64,000 nt of DNA. Source: Candidatus Multivoradales bacterium. Lineage in GTDB: Bacteria > Acidobacteriota > Thermoanaerobaculia > Multivoradales > JAHEKO01. The translations under genes were made by a program, and so were the position numbers. The notes beneath the pieces were generated by a model. The model had not been told where the DNA came from. It ran no database searches and worked only from the letters and a program-made list of their open reading frames with translations. The stretch lies in the NCBI GenBank assembly GCA_965248055.1, contig CBDFIJ010000004.1, positions 160,001 through 224,000 of the forward strand, read 5' to 3'. Of the stretch, positions 1 through 9,876 are shown one piece after another; the stretch's first letter is position 1; each line of letters begins with the position of its first letter.

Positions 1-926
1 CCGGGCTGCAATTTTCGCCCTATCCCGATCGCCGCGTGCCACAGGATCAGCACTGTGACTGCCCGAGACACAGAGCCCTGCCCGTCCAGAAGCAGTGAAT
101 ATCCCAGAATCACGGTCACCGTCCCAAGACGTTGCAGCCCCGGCGACAGAACGGAAAGCACAGCCCAAGCCAGGAAGGCGAGGATCCCTAGGTGCAACCC
201 TGAGACGGCAAACAAGTGGCCCAGCCCGAGTCGTCGAAAGCTGTCCTTGACCGCCGGATCTAGGGCGTCGCTTCGCCCCAAGACCAGAGATCGCAAGAGC
301 TCTCGCTCGGTTCGCGGCGTAATCAACTGCGTCAATCGTCGATGCGCCCACTCTTGCACCTGCTGGCGGATCCCCAACCAAGAGTTCAAGTTGGACTGCT
401 CCAAGGTCAACAGGCGCTGGTCTTTTACCTGCATCGAAAGCTCTCCGTCTCTCTCAACCAAATACCCTTTGATCCGTACTGACCCGAGTTGCAGTAACTC
501 ATCCGCATCGACGCTCGCTTCTCGCTGCATCGGCCATACCCCGCTCCCCTGCCGAATGGCGAGTAGGTCTAGGCGGTACTGGTACCGACTCCAGCGATCC
601 AAGCCTGTGGGTGAATGCAACACGCCGCGCACGGTCACCGGTCGCTCCAATGCCAGGGGCGGAAGTGATCGCGAGTCCGTCTTGCCTCCACCCCTGGCGC
701 CGACCAACAACCCTCCCAGTCCCAGACCGCCGACAAACTTGCCCAAGTGGGAACGCACAACCGTAGCCACGCCAAGCGACAGTCCACCGACCACCACGCT
801 TTGGGATGTCAACGGCGCCGAGAGGACTCCAGCAATCAAGCCCAACGAGAACAGCGAGCGCTGCATCGCAAAGTACGGCAGCAACCAGAAGCCGCTTGTT
901 TTCCCATGCGCAGCCTTGCGGGTCAC
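1..926 (-). CDS. comEC: ComEC/Rec2 family competence protein, N-terminal part (runs off the left edge)
   Basis: Manual translation of a minus frame missing from the ORF track: hydrophobic N-terminus, then LRSLVLGRSDALDPAVKDSFRRLGLGHLFAVSGLHLGILAF, the ComEC H(L/I)xAVSGLH motif. Start uncertain (GTG 926 or ATG 866). Confidence 0.85.
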   Translation of the reverse strand, partial: MTRKAAHGKTSGFWLLPYFAMQRSLFSLGLIAGVLSAPLTSQSVVVGGLSLGVATVVRSHLGKFVGGLGLGGLLVGARGGGKTDSRSLPPLALERPVTVRGVLHSPTGLDRWSRYQYRLDLLAIRQGSGVWPMQREASVDADELLQLGSVRIKGYLVERDGELSMQVKDQRLLTLEQSNLNSWLGIRQQVQEWAHRRLTQLITPRTERELLRSLVLGRSDALDPAVKDSFRRLGLGHLFAVSGLHLGILAFLAWAVLSVLSPGLQRLGTVTVILGYSLLLDGQGSVSRAVTVLILWHAAIGIGRKLQP

Positions 927-1082
927 GGCAACAGAGACGGAGTGCAGGGCAGGGTACCTGCACTTGTCTTAGCCGCGGTGAGAGTGGTCTTGATCGACTA
1001 ACGGATCAGAGGGCCAGATGCTTAGAGGCTCAGACGTCTAAAAGGCCAGAAGCTGTTGCAACCGCCCGGTGCATGTCAATGA

Positions 1083-1688
1083 TCAGAAAAGACTGAGTCT
1101 GGGCAGCAGCAGGCTTTCACGAATTGACTCATTCACCCAGTTGTCACGGGCAGAGTCCCACTGTTGTGAAGAAATCCGCGACCGCATCGGTGCCAACACC
1201 CGCTCCGCGCGGCGACGTTGGTTGCTAAGCCACGAAGCACCCAGCTCTTCCCCACCCGCGACCAGCAGCCTGGCGTCCAACTGGCGCAACTGATCCTCAA
1301 GCTGGGCAACCTCATCAGCGCTTTCCAAGGTCGCTAACTGCTCCAGTCGCCGGACAATCGTGTCGGTGTTGGCCACTCGAGCCTTGCGAACCGCCGCAGC
1401 TAGTTCAGGGATGCGCTCGGCCTGTTGTACTGGGGGCTCACTGCTGCCGCCCAAAAGTTGCCATGCTTTCCACACCGCCCGATCGACAATCTTTAGGCCC
1501 CGGACCGGCTGTGCGTCTGGTTCTCGGCCCTCCAAGACCGTGGCCATGGCTTCCAGCACCACTGCCAACGGAATTCCGCCTTGATGCCAAGATTCACTGA
1601 TGGTGAAATCGGTGGACGCAAGCAAGAAAGGGGTTCCCCTCAGTAGAGTGAACTCGTCTTGGATGGCAACAAAATAGCTGGCGGCCAA
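1083..1688 (-). CDS. conserved hypothetical protein (Acidobacteria-type)
   Basis: 201 aa, co-oriented after coaX. YFVAIQDEFTLLRGTPFLLASTDF..SWHQGGIPL and C-terminal LPRLSLF resemble an uncharacterised acidobacterial family (recalled, not searched). Confidence 0.7.
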   Translation of the reverse strand: MAASYFVAIQDEFTLLRGTPFLLASTDFTISESWHQGGIPLAVVLEAMATVLEGREPDAQPVRGLKIVDRAVWKAWQLLGGSSEPPVQQAERIPELAAAVRKARVANTDTIVRRLEQLATLESADEVAQLEDQLRQLDARLLVAGGEELGASWLSNQRRRAERVLAPMRSRISSQQWDSARDNWVNESIRESLLLPRLSLF

Positions 1689-1718
1689 AAGCAGTAGACC
1701 TCAATTCCAGAACTCTGG

Positions 1719-2507
1719 CTATCCCAAATTGCGGTGATAGAGAATGAACAGACCATCTAAGGTCAGTTGTGGATTGACCTCGTCAAGATAAGCAGAATCC
1801 GGGGCGATCAACGAAGCCAGTCCGCCGGTAGCGACAAATGTGGGCTTTTCCGCCAGTTGATCCAACAACCGTCCAAGAATGCCGTCAACCTGACCGATCG
1901 CCCCGTAGTAGATCCCCGATTGCATCGCCCCCACGGTGGTGCGGCCGATCAGGCGTTCTGGACGTCGGATATCCACCCGATAGAGCCGCGACGCTGAACT
2001 AAACAGTGCTTCAGCGGAAATTCCAACACCGGGAAGAATCAACCCACCGATGTACTCTCCCCGCCCGTTGACCACGTCAAAGGTCGTTGCAGTGCCAAAG
2101 TCCACCACCACCACCGGAGCACCATATTTCTCCACTGCGGCAACTGCGTTGACAATTCGGTCAGCCCCAACCTCGGCGGGATTGAGATTGCGAATTGGAA
2201 TTCCTGTTTTGATCCCCGGCTCGACAAACAGAGGTACGCAACCAAACATCTTCTGCGACATCGCGGTGAGCTGTTCGTGCATGGTCGGTACTACCGAACC
2301 AATGATCACCCCGTCGGGGGTCGCACCGTGTTCGATCTGCCCGTTTCGATAGGCCAATTGCCCCACCAAGGCAATCAACTCATCCGTGGTCCTAGTCGGA
2401 TCAGTAGACAAACGGAAGCTGTCGACCAATTCCGCACCGACAAAGACTCCGAAAAGGGTCTCGGTATTGCCAACGTCGACGGCGATAATAATTTGTTGCT
2501 TACTCAA
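1719..2507 (-). CDS. coaX: type III pantothenate kinase
   Basis: DVGNT, GADR, VDFGTATTFD, GGLILPG and ATGG motifs. Confidence 0.95.
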   Translation of the reverse strand: MSKQQIIIAVDVGNTETLFGVFVGAELVDSFRLSTDPTRTTDELIALVGQLAYRNGQIEHGATPDGVIIGSVVPTMHEQLTAMSQKMFGCVPLFVEPGIKTGIPIRNLNPAEVGADRIVNAVAAVEKYGAPVVVVDFGTATTFDVVNGRGEYIGGLILPGVGISAEALFSSASRLYRVDIRRPERLIGRTTVGAMQSGIYYGAIGQVDGILGRLLDQLAEKPTFVATGGLASLIAPDSAYLDEVNPQLTLDGLFILYHRNLG

Positions 2508-3295
2508 TCAATTTCTCCAACCGCATAGGTGCGTTCTTCTCCGGATTCCAGTAAACGCAAGTGACCGTGGTGGTTATAACCGGCAAAACGGCCTGTGACC
2601 ACGCGATCCCCGTCGTGCCAGAGAATTCGGTCGCCGACCCGATGAACGCTATATCGATCGCGCTGACTCTGCCAGTCACTGTCCAAGTCCTCTCCGCGCA
2701 AGAAACGATCCACCTCAGCCAGGCAGTCCGCGATCACCGACACCGGATCCACCGGGTCCAGCAACTCCTCCAGGCCAACCGCGATTGAGGCGTATTCGCC
2801 TTCGGGACGTTTGAAATTCAAGCCGAAGCCACAGATCGCCAGGCCCGCTTCGTTTCGTAACGAGGAGCGGCACAAGATGCCGGCCAGTTTGCGCTGACGA
2901 TACACCACATCGTTCGGCCACTTCAGCCCCACACCGACAACCCCCATGCGTTCCATCACGGTGCACAGCGCTACCCCGACGCGGAGCGGCAAACTCGGTA
3001 GCCGATCGCTAGGAAGGCTGCCTAGCCAAGACGCCCAAACCCCCATTCCACGCCCACTTGACCACCGGCGGCCATTGCGCCCGGAGCCTCGCGTCTGGTG
3101 CAGGGCGACGATCACGGTCGGCGGAAGGGTCGCTTTTTTTTCGACTCGCTGCTGAATCGCTCTCGCCCAACGGTTGGTGGAGTCGATTGCGTCGACCACC
3201 ACCAGATTCAGCCGAGCGGGCATCGAATCCGCCAACTGGGATGCCAGTTCCTTTGCGGTCTGTGTATTTAGATCGGTCGGCACCGTCGGCGTCAT
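2504..3295 (-). CDS. birA: biotin--[acetyl-CoA carboxylase] ligase (no HTH domain)
   Basis: DSTN, QTRGSGRNGRRW, LKWPND and KLAGIL motifs; 4-nt overlaps with both neighbours. Confidence 0.93.
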   Translation of the reverse strand: MTPTVPTDLNTQTAKELASQLADSMPARLNLVVVDAIDSTNRWARAIQQRVEKKATLPPTVIVALHQTRGSGRNGRRWSSGRGMGVWASWLGSLPSDRLPSLPLRVGVALCTVMERMGVVGVGLKWPNDVVYRQRKLAGILCRSSLRNEAGLAICGFGLNFKRPEGEYASIAVGLEELLDPVDPVSVIADCLAEVDRFLRGEDLDSDWQSQRDRYSVHRVGDRILWHDGDRVVTGRFAGYNHHGHLRLLESGEERTYAVGEID

Positions 3296-5907
3296 TGGGA
3301 CTCGGCGAGACTGCGCTCGATGGTCTCCAGGCGTTTTTTCATTTCCTCCAGACGCAAGCGGCGCTTTTCAACCACTTGCTCCGGTGCCTTGGAGAGAAAA
3401 TTCGTGTCTTCAAGTTGTTTCTCGGTGGCGGTAATTTGTCCTGCCAGCTTGTCGCGTTCCTTGGCCATCGCCGCCAATTCGGTGGCGCCCAACTTGCGCT
3501 CAGGCAGAAACAGCGCCATTTCAACCCCGGCGACCCGATCCTGCAGATCGCCCCCGGACGCTTCGGAAAACTCGATCTCTGCCCACGCTGCTCGCTCCAC
3601 TAGCGGACTCTGGACTTTCAAGAAGTCGAGGCGCACTACGTTGTCACTGCTGAGACGGAGCTTTACGGTCTCCCCTGGGGCGACGCTGGCCTCAGCCCGC
3701 ATCGCTCGGACCCGAGTGGTCAGTTGGATCAGGGCACTCATTTCCGCTTCCAACTCAGGATCGTTCCACCCAGGCACAGAATCCGGAAAAGATGCCCTGA
3801 CGATGGTCTCTCCGTGCTCCGCGTGAATCCCCGGCAAGCGCTGCCACAACTCTTCCGTCAGATGGGGCATGACCGGATGAAGTAAGCGAAGCGAACGATC
3901 CAACACCACCATCAAGACGTCACCGACCTGAGGGCGATCCCGGTCCCCGTGCAATGCTGGCTTGGCCATCTCAATGTACCAATCGCATAGTTCCCCCCAG
4001 AAAAACGAATACAACTCCCGGCACGCCTCATCAAAGCGATAGGCGGTCAGCCGCTCATTGACGGTTGCCGCGACCTGAGAGCTGCGCGACAGAATCCAAC
4101 GCTCTGGGGCCTCCAGAGTCGAAAGATCAATCTGATAGTCCGCCGATTCCACTTTGGACAAGGCAAATCGAGTGGCGTTCCAAATCTTGTTGCCAAAGGC
4201 TCGGTAGCCCGCCATTCGTTCCCGATCCAACGGAATGTCTCGTCCAGGGCTGTCTAGAATGGCTAGCGTGAAGCGCAATGCGTCGGCGCCAAACTCATCA
4301 ACAAGACCCAAGGGATCCACGGTATTTCCTTTGGTCTTGGACATTTTCTGACCGTCAGCATCACGCACCAAACCGGTCAGGTGAACGTCGGCAAACGGCA
4401 ATTGATCGGTGAACTCCAAGCCAAACATCACCATCCGCGCTACCCAAAAGAAGAGAATGTCAAAACCGGTCACCAACACCTGGGTCGGATAGAAAGTCTT
4501 ATAATCCGGGCTCTGATCGGGCCAGCCGAGAGTCGACATCGGCCACAGTGCCGACGAGAACCAGGTGTCTAAGACATCAGGATCCTGCACCAAGGCTTCT
4601 GTCCCAGCGATCTGCTGCGCTTCTTCCAGACTGCGCGCAACCACCAACTCACCGTCTTCGGTATACCAAGCGGGGATCTGATGTCCCCACCACAGCTGCC
4701 GGGAAATACACCATGGTCGAATGTTGTCCAGCCAGTGCTCCCAAGTACTACCCCAAGTGTCAGGAACCAGTCGCAGGTCTCCGCCTTTTTCCGCTTCCAG
4801 CGAACGACGCGCCATGTCGGAAACGTCCATGAACCATTGTTCCGAGACCATCGGCTCAACTGGTGTGCCGCTGCGCTGGCAGTGACCAACGTTGTGTGAA
4901 TAGTCCTCTGTTTTGACTACCACACCTTCGCTACTCAACAGCTCCAGCACCTTTTCCCGCGCGGCAAAGCGATCCAAACCAGCCAACTGGTCCCCAGCTT
5001 CGGCGGTCATGCGACCGTTCTCGTCGATTACCTTGACGCCGTCAATGTGGTGACGCTGGGCCAACTCGAAGTCGTTGAGATCGGAGAACGGCGTGATCTT
5101 GACCAATCCGCTGCCGAACTCCGGGTCGACCATTTCGTCGGCGACGATCGGTAGTTCTCGCCCGATCAAAGGTAAAACGACCTTCTGCCCGGCTAGATGC
5201 TGGTAACGGGCATCGTCAGGATGGCGTGCCACCGCGGTATCGCCGACCATGGTCTCGGGGCGGGTGGTGGCAACCACGATCCGCTCTTCGCTGCCCAGAA
5301 CCGGATACGACAAGTGGTAGAGATGACCCTCAACCGTCTTCATCTCCACTTCCAGGTCCGAGATCGCGGTCCCCAGGTCGGGCGACCAGTTCACCATGTA
5401 GCGATCCTTGCGAATTAGGCCTTTTTCATAGCAACGGACAAACGCTTCCCGCACCGCCCGAGAAAGTCCTTCATCAAGGGTAAAACGCTCACGACTCCAG
5501 TCACAACTGGCACCCAGCCGTTCCAATTGGCTGCGGATATTGCCCTGATATTCCTCTTTCCACTGCCAGACCCTTTCCAGAAAGGCCTCGCGACCGAGCT
5601 CTGTTCGAGTGGTCCCTTCTTTGGCCAGAGCCCGTTCGACCATCAACTGGGTGGCGATTCCGGCGTGGTCGGTTCCAGGCAGCCATAATGCCTCCTTGCC
5701 CAACATCCGCTGCCAGCGCACCAACAGGTCTTGCAAGGTGCTCTGCAGCGCGTGCCCCATATGCAATCGCCCGGTGACATTGGGCGGCGGGATCATGATG
5801 CAGTAGGTCTCGCGGTCGCTCGGGGATTGGGCCTCAAAATAGCCGCGAGCACTCCAAGTTTCCTGCCACTTGGATTCGTAGCCGGCGGGGTCGAAAGTCT
5901 TCTGCAT
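3292..5907 (-). CDS. valS: valine--tRNA ligase
   Basis: PPPNVTGRLHMGH, DHAGIATQ, TTRPET, WCISRQLWWGH, DVLDTWFSS, KMSKT, C-terminal coiled coil. Confidence 0.98.
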   Translation of the reverse strand: MQKTFDPAGYESKWQETWSARGYFEAQSPSDRETYCIMIPPPNVTGRLHMGHALQSTLQDLLVRWQRMLGKEALWLPGTDHAGIATQLMVERALAKEGTTRTELGREAFLERVWQWKEEYQGNIRSQLERLGASCDWSRERFTLDEGLSRAVREAFVRCYEKGLIRKDRYMVNWSPDLGTAISDLEVEMKTVEGHLYHLSYPVLGSEERIVVATTRPETMVGDTAVARHPDDARYQHLAGQKVVLPLIGRELPIVADEMVDPEFGSGLVKITPFSDLNDFELAQRHHIDGVKVIDENGRMTAEAGDQLAGLDRFAAREKVLELLSSEGVVVKTEDYSHNVGHCQRSGTPVEPMVSEQWFMDVSDMARRSLEAEKGGDLRLVPDTWGSTWEHWLDNIRPWCISRQLWWGHQIPAWYTEDGELVVARSLEEAQQIAGTEALVQDPDVLDTWFSSALWPMSTLGWPDQSPDYKTFYPTQVLVTGFDILFFWVARMVMFGLEFTDQLPFADVHLTGLVRDADGQKMSKTKGNTVDPLGLVDEFGADALRFTLAILDSPGRDIPLDRERMAGYRAFGNKIWNATRFALSKVESADYQIDLSTLEAPERWILSRSSQVAATVNERLTAYRFDEACRELYSFFWGELCDWYIEMAKPALHGDRDRPQVGDVLMVVLDRSLRLLHPVMPHLTEELWQRLPGIHAEHGETIVRASFPDSVPGWNDPELEAEMSALIQLTTRVRAMRAEASVAPGETVKLRLSSDNVVRLDFLKVQSPLVERAAWAEIEFSEASGGDLQDRVAGVEMALFLPERKLGATELAAMAKERDKLAGQITATEKQLEDTNFLSKAPEQVVEKRRLRLEEMKKRLETIERSLAESQ

Positions 5908-5915
5908 AGGAGTCT

Positions 5916-7376
5916 CTAGGGGTTCAAATCGTTCGGCTCGGACTCTCCGAGCAAGTCTTCCGTTTTTGGCAAGTCACGGTCTGAGTTGCCACGGCCTGGA
6001 TTAGCGGTATCTGCATTCAAATCGTCGGTGGCTTCCTCATTGGCTAATTCCTGCTCGAGTCGGTCGATCCTGGCCTCGACCCGCTCGGTGGCAACGCGCA
6101 CAAACAACTCATCTGCACCATCCCTGAACAGGCTCTCGCCGAGATGTCCGGCAACCCGTAACGCCAACGCGTCGAGTTGTTCGGCACTCAGAGAAATGGC
6201 CGGCGCCCCGTCTCCTAGATCTATCTCGGTTGCTGGCTCCGGCTGGCGCGCTTCGTCTGTCTCTTCTTCGGATGCATCTTCGGAAGCCCTGTCGGATTCT
6301 GACTGCTGATCCGAATCGGCGGAGAATTCCTCGAAATCGTCCTGTTCTGAGTCTTCCACCCCGTCGGACAAGATCACCGTATCCTTAACGGGTTCCTCGG
6401 CCAGTGCTTCGGCTTCTATCGAGTCGGGCTCCTCCGGCTCGACGACCGCATCTGTCTCTTCCAGTGCAGTGCTGCCCCAATCGACAGTCAGACCCGCCGC
6501 TGCGCCGCCTTGTTCGGGAGCCCCTTTCTCCTGGTCGATGGAAGCACTGTCTTCTATCTCAGTGGTCTCTAGGGCAGTGGCGTCTTGGGCACTGGCGTCT
6601 TGGGCGGTGCCATCTATGTCAGTGCCGTCTAGGTCAATGCCATCGGATTCGCTGCCCAAGTCCCCGGTCAGAATCGAGGGGATTACGGTCGAATCCGCGC
6701 TCTCCTCTGGCAAGATGGTCAGTGAGGAGCCGAGCGGTGTTAGGAACTCGTCACCATCTTCTTCGCCCTGGTGTGCTTCCTCATCGGCAGCTCTGTCATC
6801 GACAAATGGCTCCTCGCCACTCGGTGAGGCTAGGCCCTCAGCAGTGTTTTCTTCCGTCGTGCCTTCTTCAGCCGCACCTTCTTGAGCAGCGCCCACTTCA
6901 GCAGGGCCCGTCTCGGTAGTGTCCCCCCCGGAAGTGCCCTCGTCATCAGCGCTACTGTCCTCAAGGTCCGCATCTGAAGTGACGATCGTTTCCGCCTCAG
7001 AAACCAACCCAGAGTCACCCGGAAGCATCGAATGCACCACGTCACGCAACTCATCGGCAGAAAAAGGCTTGAGCAGGTGCCCCGAAGCGCCCACATTTCG
7101 CCCCTCCTGTTCCTCAAAAGGCTCGAAAGTGCCAACTAAGAGCAGGACAGCAATATTTGGGGTCCGAGCTTTCAGTTCGCGGCACAGTTCCAGGCCATCC
7201 ATGCGCGGCATGTGGACGTCGACCACCGCAAGGTGCGGGAAAAAACCGGCATCGACAATTTCCAGAGCGGTTTGACCATCTGCGGCGGACTCCAACTCAA
7301 CGTCATCTCGCTCAAGAGAGAGTTCCACAACCCGTCGGATTGGCTTGCTGTCATCGGCTATCAGTATTCTGTACAT
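5916..7376 (-). CDS. response regulator receiver fused to a long acidic low-complexity region
   Basis: ILIADD, VVDVHMPRMDG and LLKPF receiver motifs, then ~300 aa rich in D/E/S/T/A and a short helical C-terminus. Start moved to ATG 7376. Confidence 0.85.
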   Translation of the reverse strand: MYRILIADDSKPIRRVVELSLERDDVELESAADGQTALEIVDAGFFPHLAVVDVHMPRMDGLELCRELKARTPNIAVLLLVGTFEPFEEQEGRNVGASGHLLKPFSADELRDVVHSMLPGDSGLVSEAETIVTSDADLEDSSADDEGTSGGDTTETGPAEVGAAQEGAAEEGTTEENTAEGLASPSGEEPFVDDRAADEEAHQGEEDGDEFLTPLGSSLTILPEESADSTVIPSILTGDLGSESDGIDLDGTDIDGTAQDASAQDATALETTEIEDSASIDQEKGAPEQGGAAAGLTVDWGSTALEETDAVVEPEEPDSIEAEALAEEPVKDTVILSDGVEDSEQDDFEEFSADSDQQSESDRASEDASEEETDEARQPEPATEIDLGDGAPAISLSAEQLDALALRVAGHLGESLFRDGADELFVRVATERVEARIDRLEQELANEEATDDLNADTANPGRGNSDRDLPKTEDLLGESEPNDLNP

Positions 7377-7450
7377 CTGCAAACTCTCCGTATCGACTAA
7401 CCCACGCGAGGACTCCGGAGCAGGAGTCCAGGCTGGTTCGTCCAACAACT

Positions 7451-8599
7451 CTAGCTCAGCAAGGAACGGGCGATCACCAAGCGTTGCATTTCGCTGGTTC
7501 CTTCATAAATCGTCGTTACCCGAACATCCCGGTAGAGGCGAGAAATCTCGTATTCATCGGAAAAGCCATTGCCGCCGTAGATTTGTAAAGCCTCGTAGCA
7601 AGCTTTGTTGGCCTTTTCCGAAGCGAGAAGTTTGGCTTGGGCAGCCCAGCGCCCAGCGTCGCGGCCGGCTTCTCTGGACGCCGCAGCCCGGGTCAACTGT
7701 CGACTGGCGGCCAAATCAGTGGCCATGGTTGCGATCTTGAACTGGATCTCTTGGTGTCTAGCCAAGGGAACTCCAAACTGAATACGATCTTGAGCGTAAG
7801 CCACCGACAGCTCAAGTGCCCTCTGGTGAATCCCCACTGACTGTGCCGCGATCCCCAACCGCGAATGGTCGAGCGTCGCCAAAGCAATCTTGAACCCCGC
7901 ACCTTCCTCGCCCAACCGATAATGAGCGGGAATCCGACAGCCGTCGAACCGCAATGACGCGGTGACCGAGGAACGAAGCCCCATCTTGTGCTCGCTGTCA
8001 GCCACAGAGAGTCCGGGGGCATCAGCCGGCACGATGAAAGCAGTGATTCCCCGATGTTTCGCTTCGGGATCGGTCTTGGCCAGCACCACATAGGCGTGAG
8101 CAATACCAGCGTTGGTTATCCATGCCTTCTCGCCGTTCAGAATCCAATCGTCGCCGTCTCGACGTGCCTGGGTACGCAATGAGGCGGCATCACTGCCGGA
8201 AGACGGTTCGGTTAAGCCAAATCCGCCGAGTTTTCCTTCGCTAGCCACCGGAGTTAAGAACTCATCGCACTGCTGGTCGCTACCAAAGTTTTGAATCGGC
8301 CAGCAAAACACCGAGTTGGTGACGCTCATGGTCACCGCAATCGATGCCGATGCCCTGGCGATCTCTTCCACCGCAATCACGTAGGACACCGGATCGAATC
8401 CGGCACCGCCACGCTTCTCATCCACCAGCATCGCCAAGAGCCCCAGCTCGCCCAACTCTGACACCACCTTGGTCGCGAAACGACGCTCTCGGTCGCGTTC
8501 TGCTTCGTCCGGGATAATGCGTTGGTCTGCGAATCGGCGAAGCTCTTCGCGCAGTAGCTTCTGTTCGGAATCCAGGGTAAAGGAAGGACCCGTATTCAC
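7451..8599 (-). CDS. acyl-CoA dehydrogenase
   Basis: GLTEPSSGSDA, NGEKAWITN, KMGLRSS, QIYGGNGF, IYEGTSE. Confidence 0.95.
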   Translation of the reverse strand: MNTGPSFTLDSEQKLLREELRRFADQRIIPDEAERDRERRFATKVVSELGELGLLAMLVDEKRGGAGFDPVSYVIAVEEIARASASIAVTMSVTNSVFCWPIQNFGSDQQCDEFLTPVASEGKLGGFGLTEPSSGSDAASLRTQARRDGDDWILNGEKAWITNAGIAHAYVVLAKTDPEAKHRGITAFIVPADAPGLSVADSEHKMGLRSSVTASLRFDGCRIPAHYRLGEEGAGFKIALATLDHSRLGIAAQSVGIHQRALELSVAYAQDRIQFGVPLARHQEIQFKIATMATDLAASRQLTRAAASREAGRDAGRWAAQAKLLASEKANKACYEALQIYGGNGFSDEYEISRLYRDVRVTTIYEGTSEMQRLVIARSLLS

Positions 8600-9741
8600 G
8601 AGCGATTCAACACCCAGTCGGCGATCACCATCTTTTGCACCTCACTGGTCCCTTCGTAGATCTCAGTGATCCGGGCATCACGAAAATAGCGTTCGACGTT
8701 GTACTCCCGAGTGTAGCCGTAGCCGCCGTGAATCTGCAGAGCACGGCTGGTCACCCGCTGTGCCATCTCGGCAGTGAACAACTTGGCCTGTGCCGCTTCC
8801 AGGGTGTAACGCTTGCGGTTGTCTTTGGTCCAAGCAGCCTTCCAGGTCAGGATACGTCCAGCGTCAATCTCGGTAGACATGTCAGCCAGATAGAACTGGA
8901 TCGCCTGAAAACTGGCAATTGCACGACCGAATTGCTCCCGTTCCCCAGCGTAGGTGATCGCCTCCTCGAAGGCACCCTGGGCGATTCCTACCGCCTGGGC
9001 TGCGATTCCGACCCGTCCGCCATCTAGGGTAGACATCGCCACCTTGAAACCATCGCCCTCGCCACCCAGTCGGCGAGACGCCGGAACCCGCATGTCGGTA
9101 AACGCCAATTCGGTGGTGCCAGAAGCGTTGACCCCAAGCTTGTACTCATGAACCCCACGGGAAAACCCCTCGGTGCCGCAATCCACCACGAACGCAGTAA
9201 TTCCGCGATGCCCCGCCTCCAAGTCCACCGAGGCAAAGACGATCGCCTCATCGGCGTGGGTACCGTTAGTGATGAATACCTTATTGCCGTTCAAGATGTA
9301 GTCGTCGCCGTCGCGTACCGCGGTACTTCTGAGTGCTGCAGCGTCGCTTCCCGCGCCGGGCTCCGTAAGGGCAAAACAACCGAGTTTTTGGCCCGCCGCC
9401 AAAGGAGCCAGAAGTTCCTTTTTCTGCTCTTCGGTGCCGAACTTGTGGATCGGATCACAGACCAACGAATTGTTGACCGAAAGAATCACCCCGCTGGTGG
9501 CACAAATCCGACTGATCTCTTCGATTACTAGGCAATAGGAAATGCTCTCCATTCCCGACCCACCGTACTGTTCCGGAATGGCCACACCGGCCAGCCCCAT
9601 CTCGGCAGCTTGGTCAAAGAAATCGCGAGGAAAAATACCGGATTCGTCGATCTCTCGGGCGCGTGGACGCACCACCGCTTCGGCAAATTCTCGGACGCTC
9701 TCTTGTAGCAGCTTTTGCTCTTCGTTGAGTTTGATGTTCAT
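8596..9741 (-). CDS. acyl-CoA dehydrogenase (short/branched-chain type)
   Basis: FALTEPGAGSDA, NGNKVFITNG, QIHGGYGY, IYEGTSE. Start ATG 9741 follows GGAAGG. Confidence 0.95.
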   Translation of the reverse strand: MNIKLNEEQKLLQESVREFAEAVVRPRAREIDESGIFPRDFFDQAAEMGLAGVAIPEQYGGSGMESISYCLVIEEISRICATSGVILSVNNSLVCDPIHKFGTEEQKKELLAPLAAGQKLGCFALTEPGAGSDAAALRSTAVRDGDDYILNGNKVFITNGTHADEAIVFASVDLEAGHRGITAFVVDCGTEGFSRGVHEYKLGVNASGTTELAFTDMRVPASRRLGGEGDGFKVAMSTLDGGRVGIAAQAVGIAQGAFEEAITYAGEREQFGRAIASFQAIQFYLADMSTEIDAGRILTWKAAWTKDNRKRYTLEAAQAKLFTAEMAQRVTSRALQIHGGYGYTREYNVERYFRDARITEIYEGTSEVQKMVIADWVLNRS

Positions 9742-9876
9742 AGGCCTTCCGTGGTCAAACACAGCGCCCTGACGAACGGTCAGAAATCAATCGCTGCGAA
9801 GACAGATCGTAACAGACCGTGCGACCGATCCAACCGCTCAAATGATGAGCGCAAATACCTCTTATGGGATGCAGAA

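Noticed and set aside
55-972. 305-aa plus-strand ORF
   Set aside because: Antisense shadow of comEC, whose signature motif is on the minus strand.
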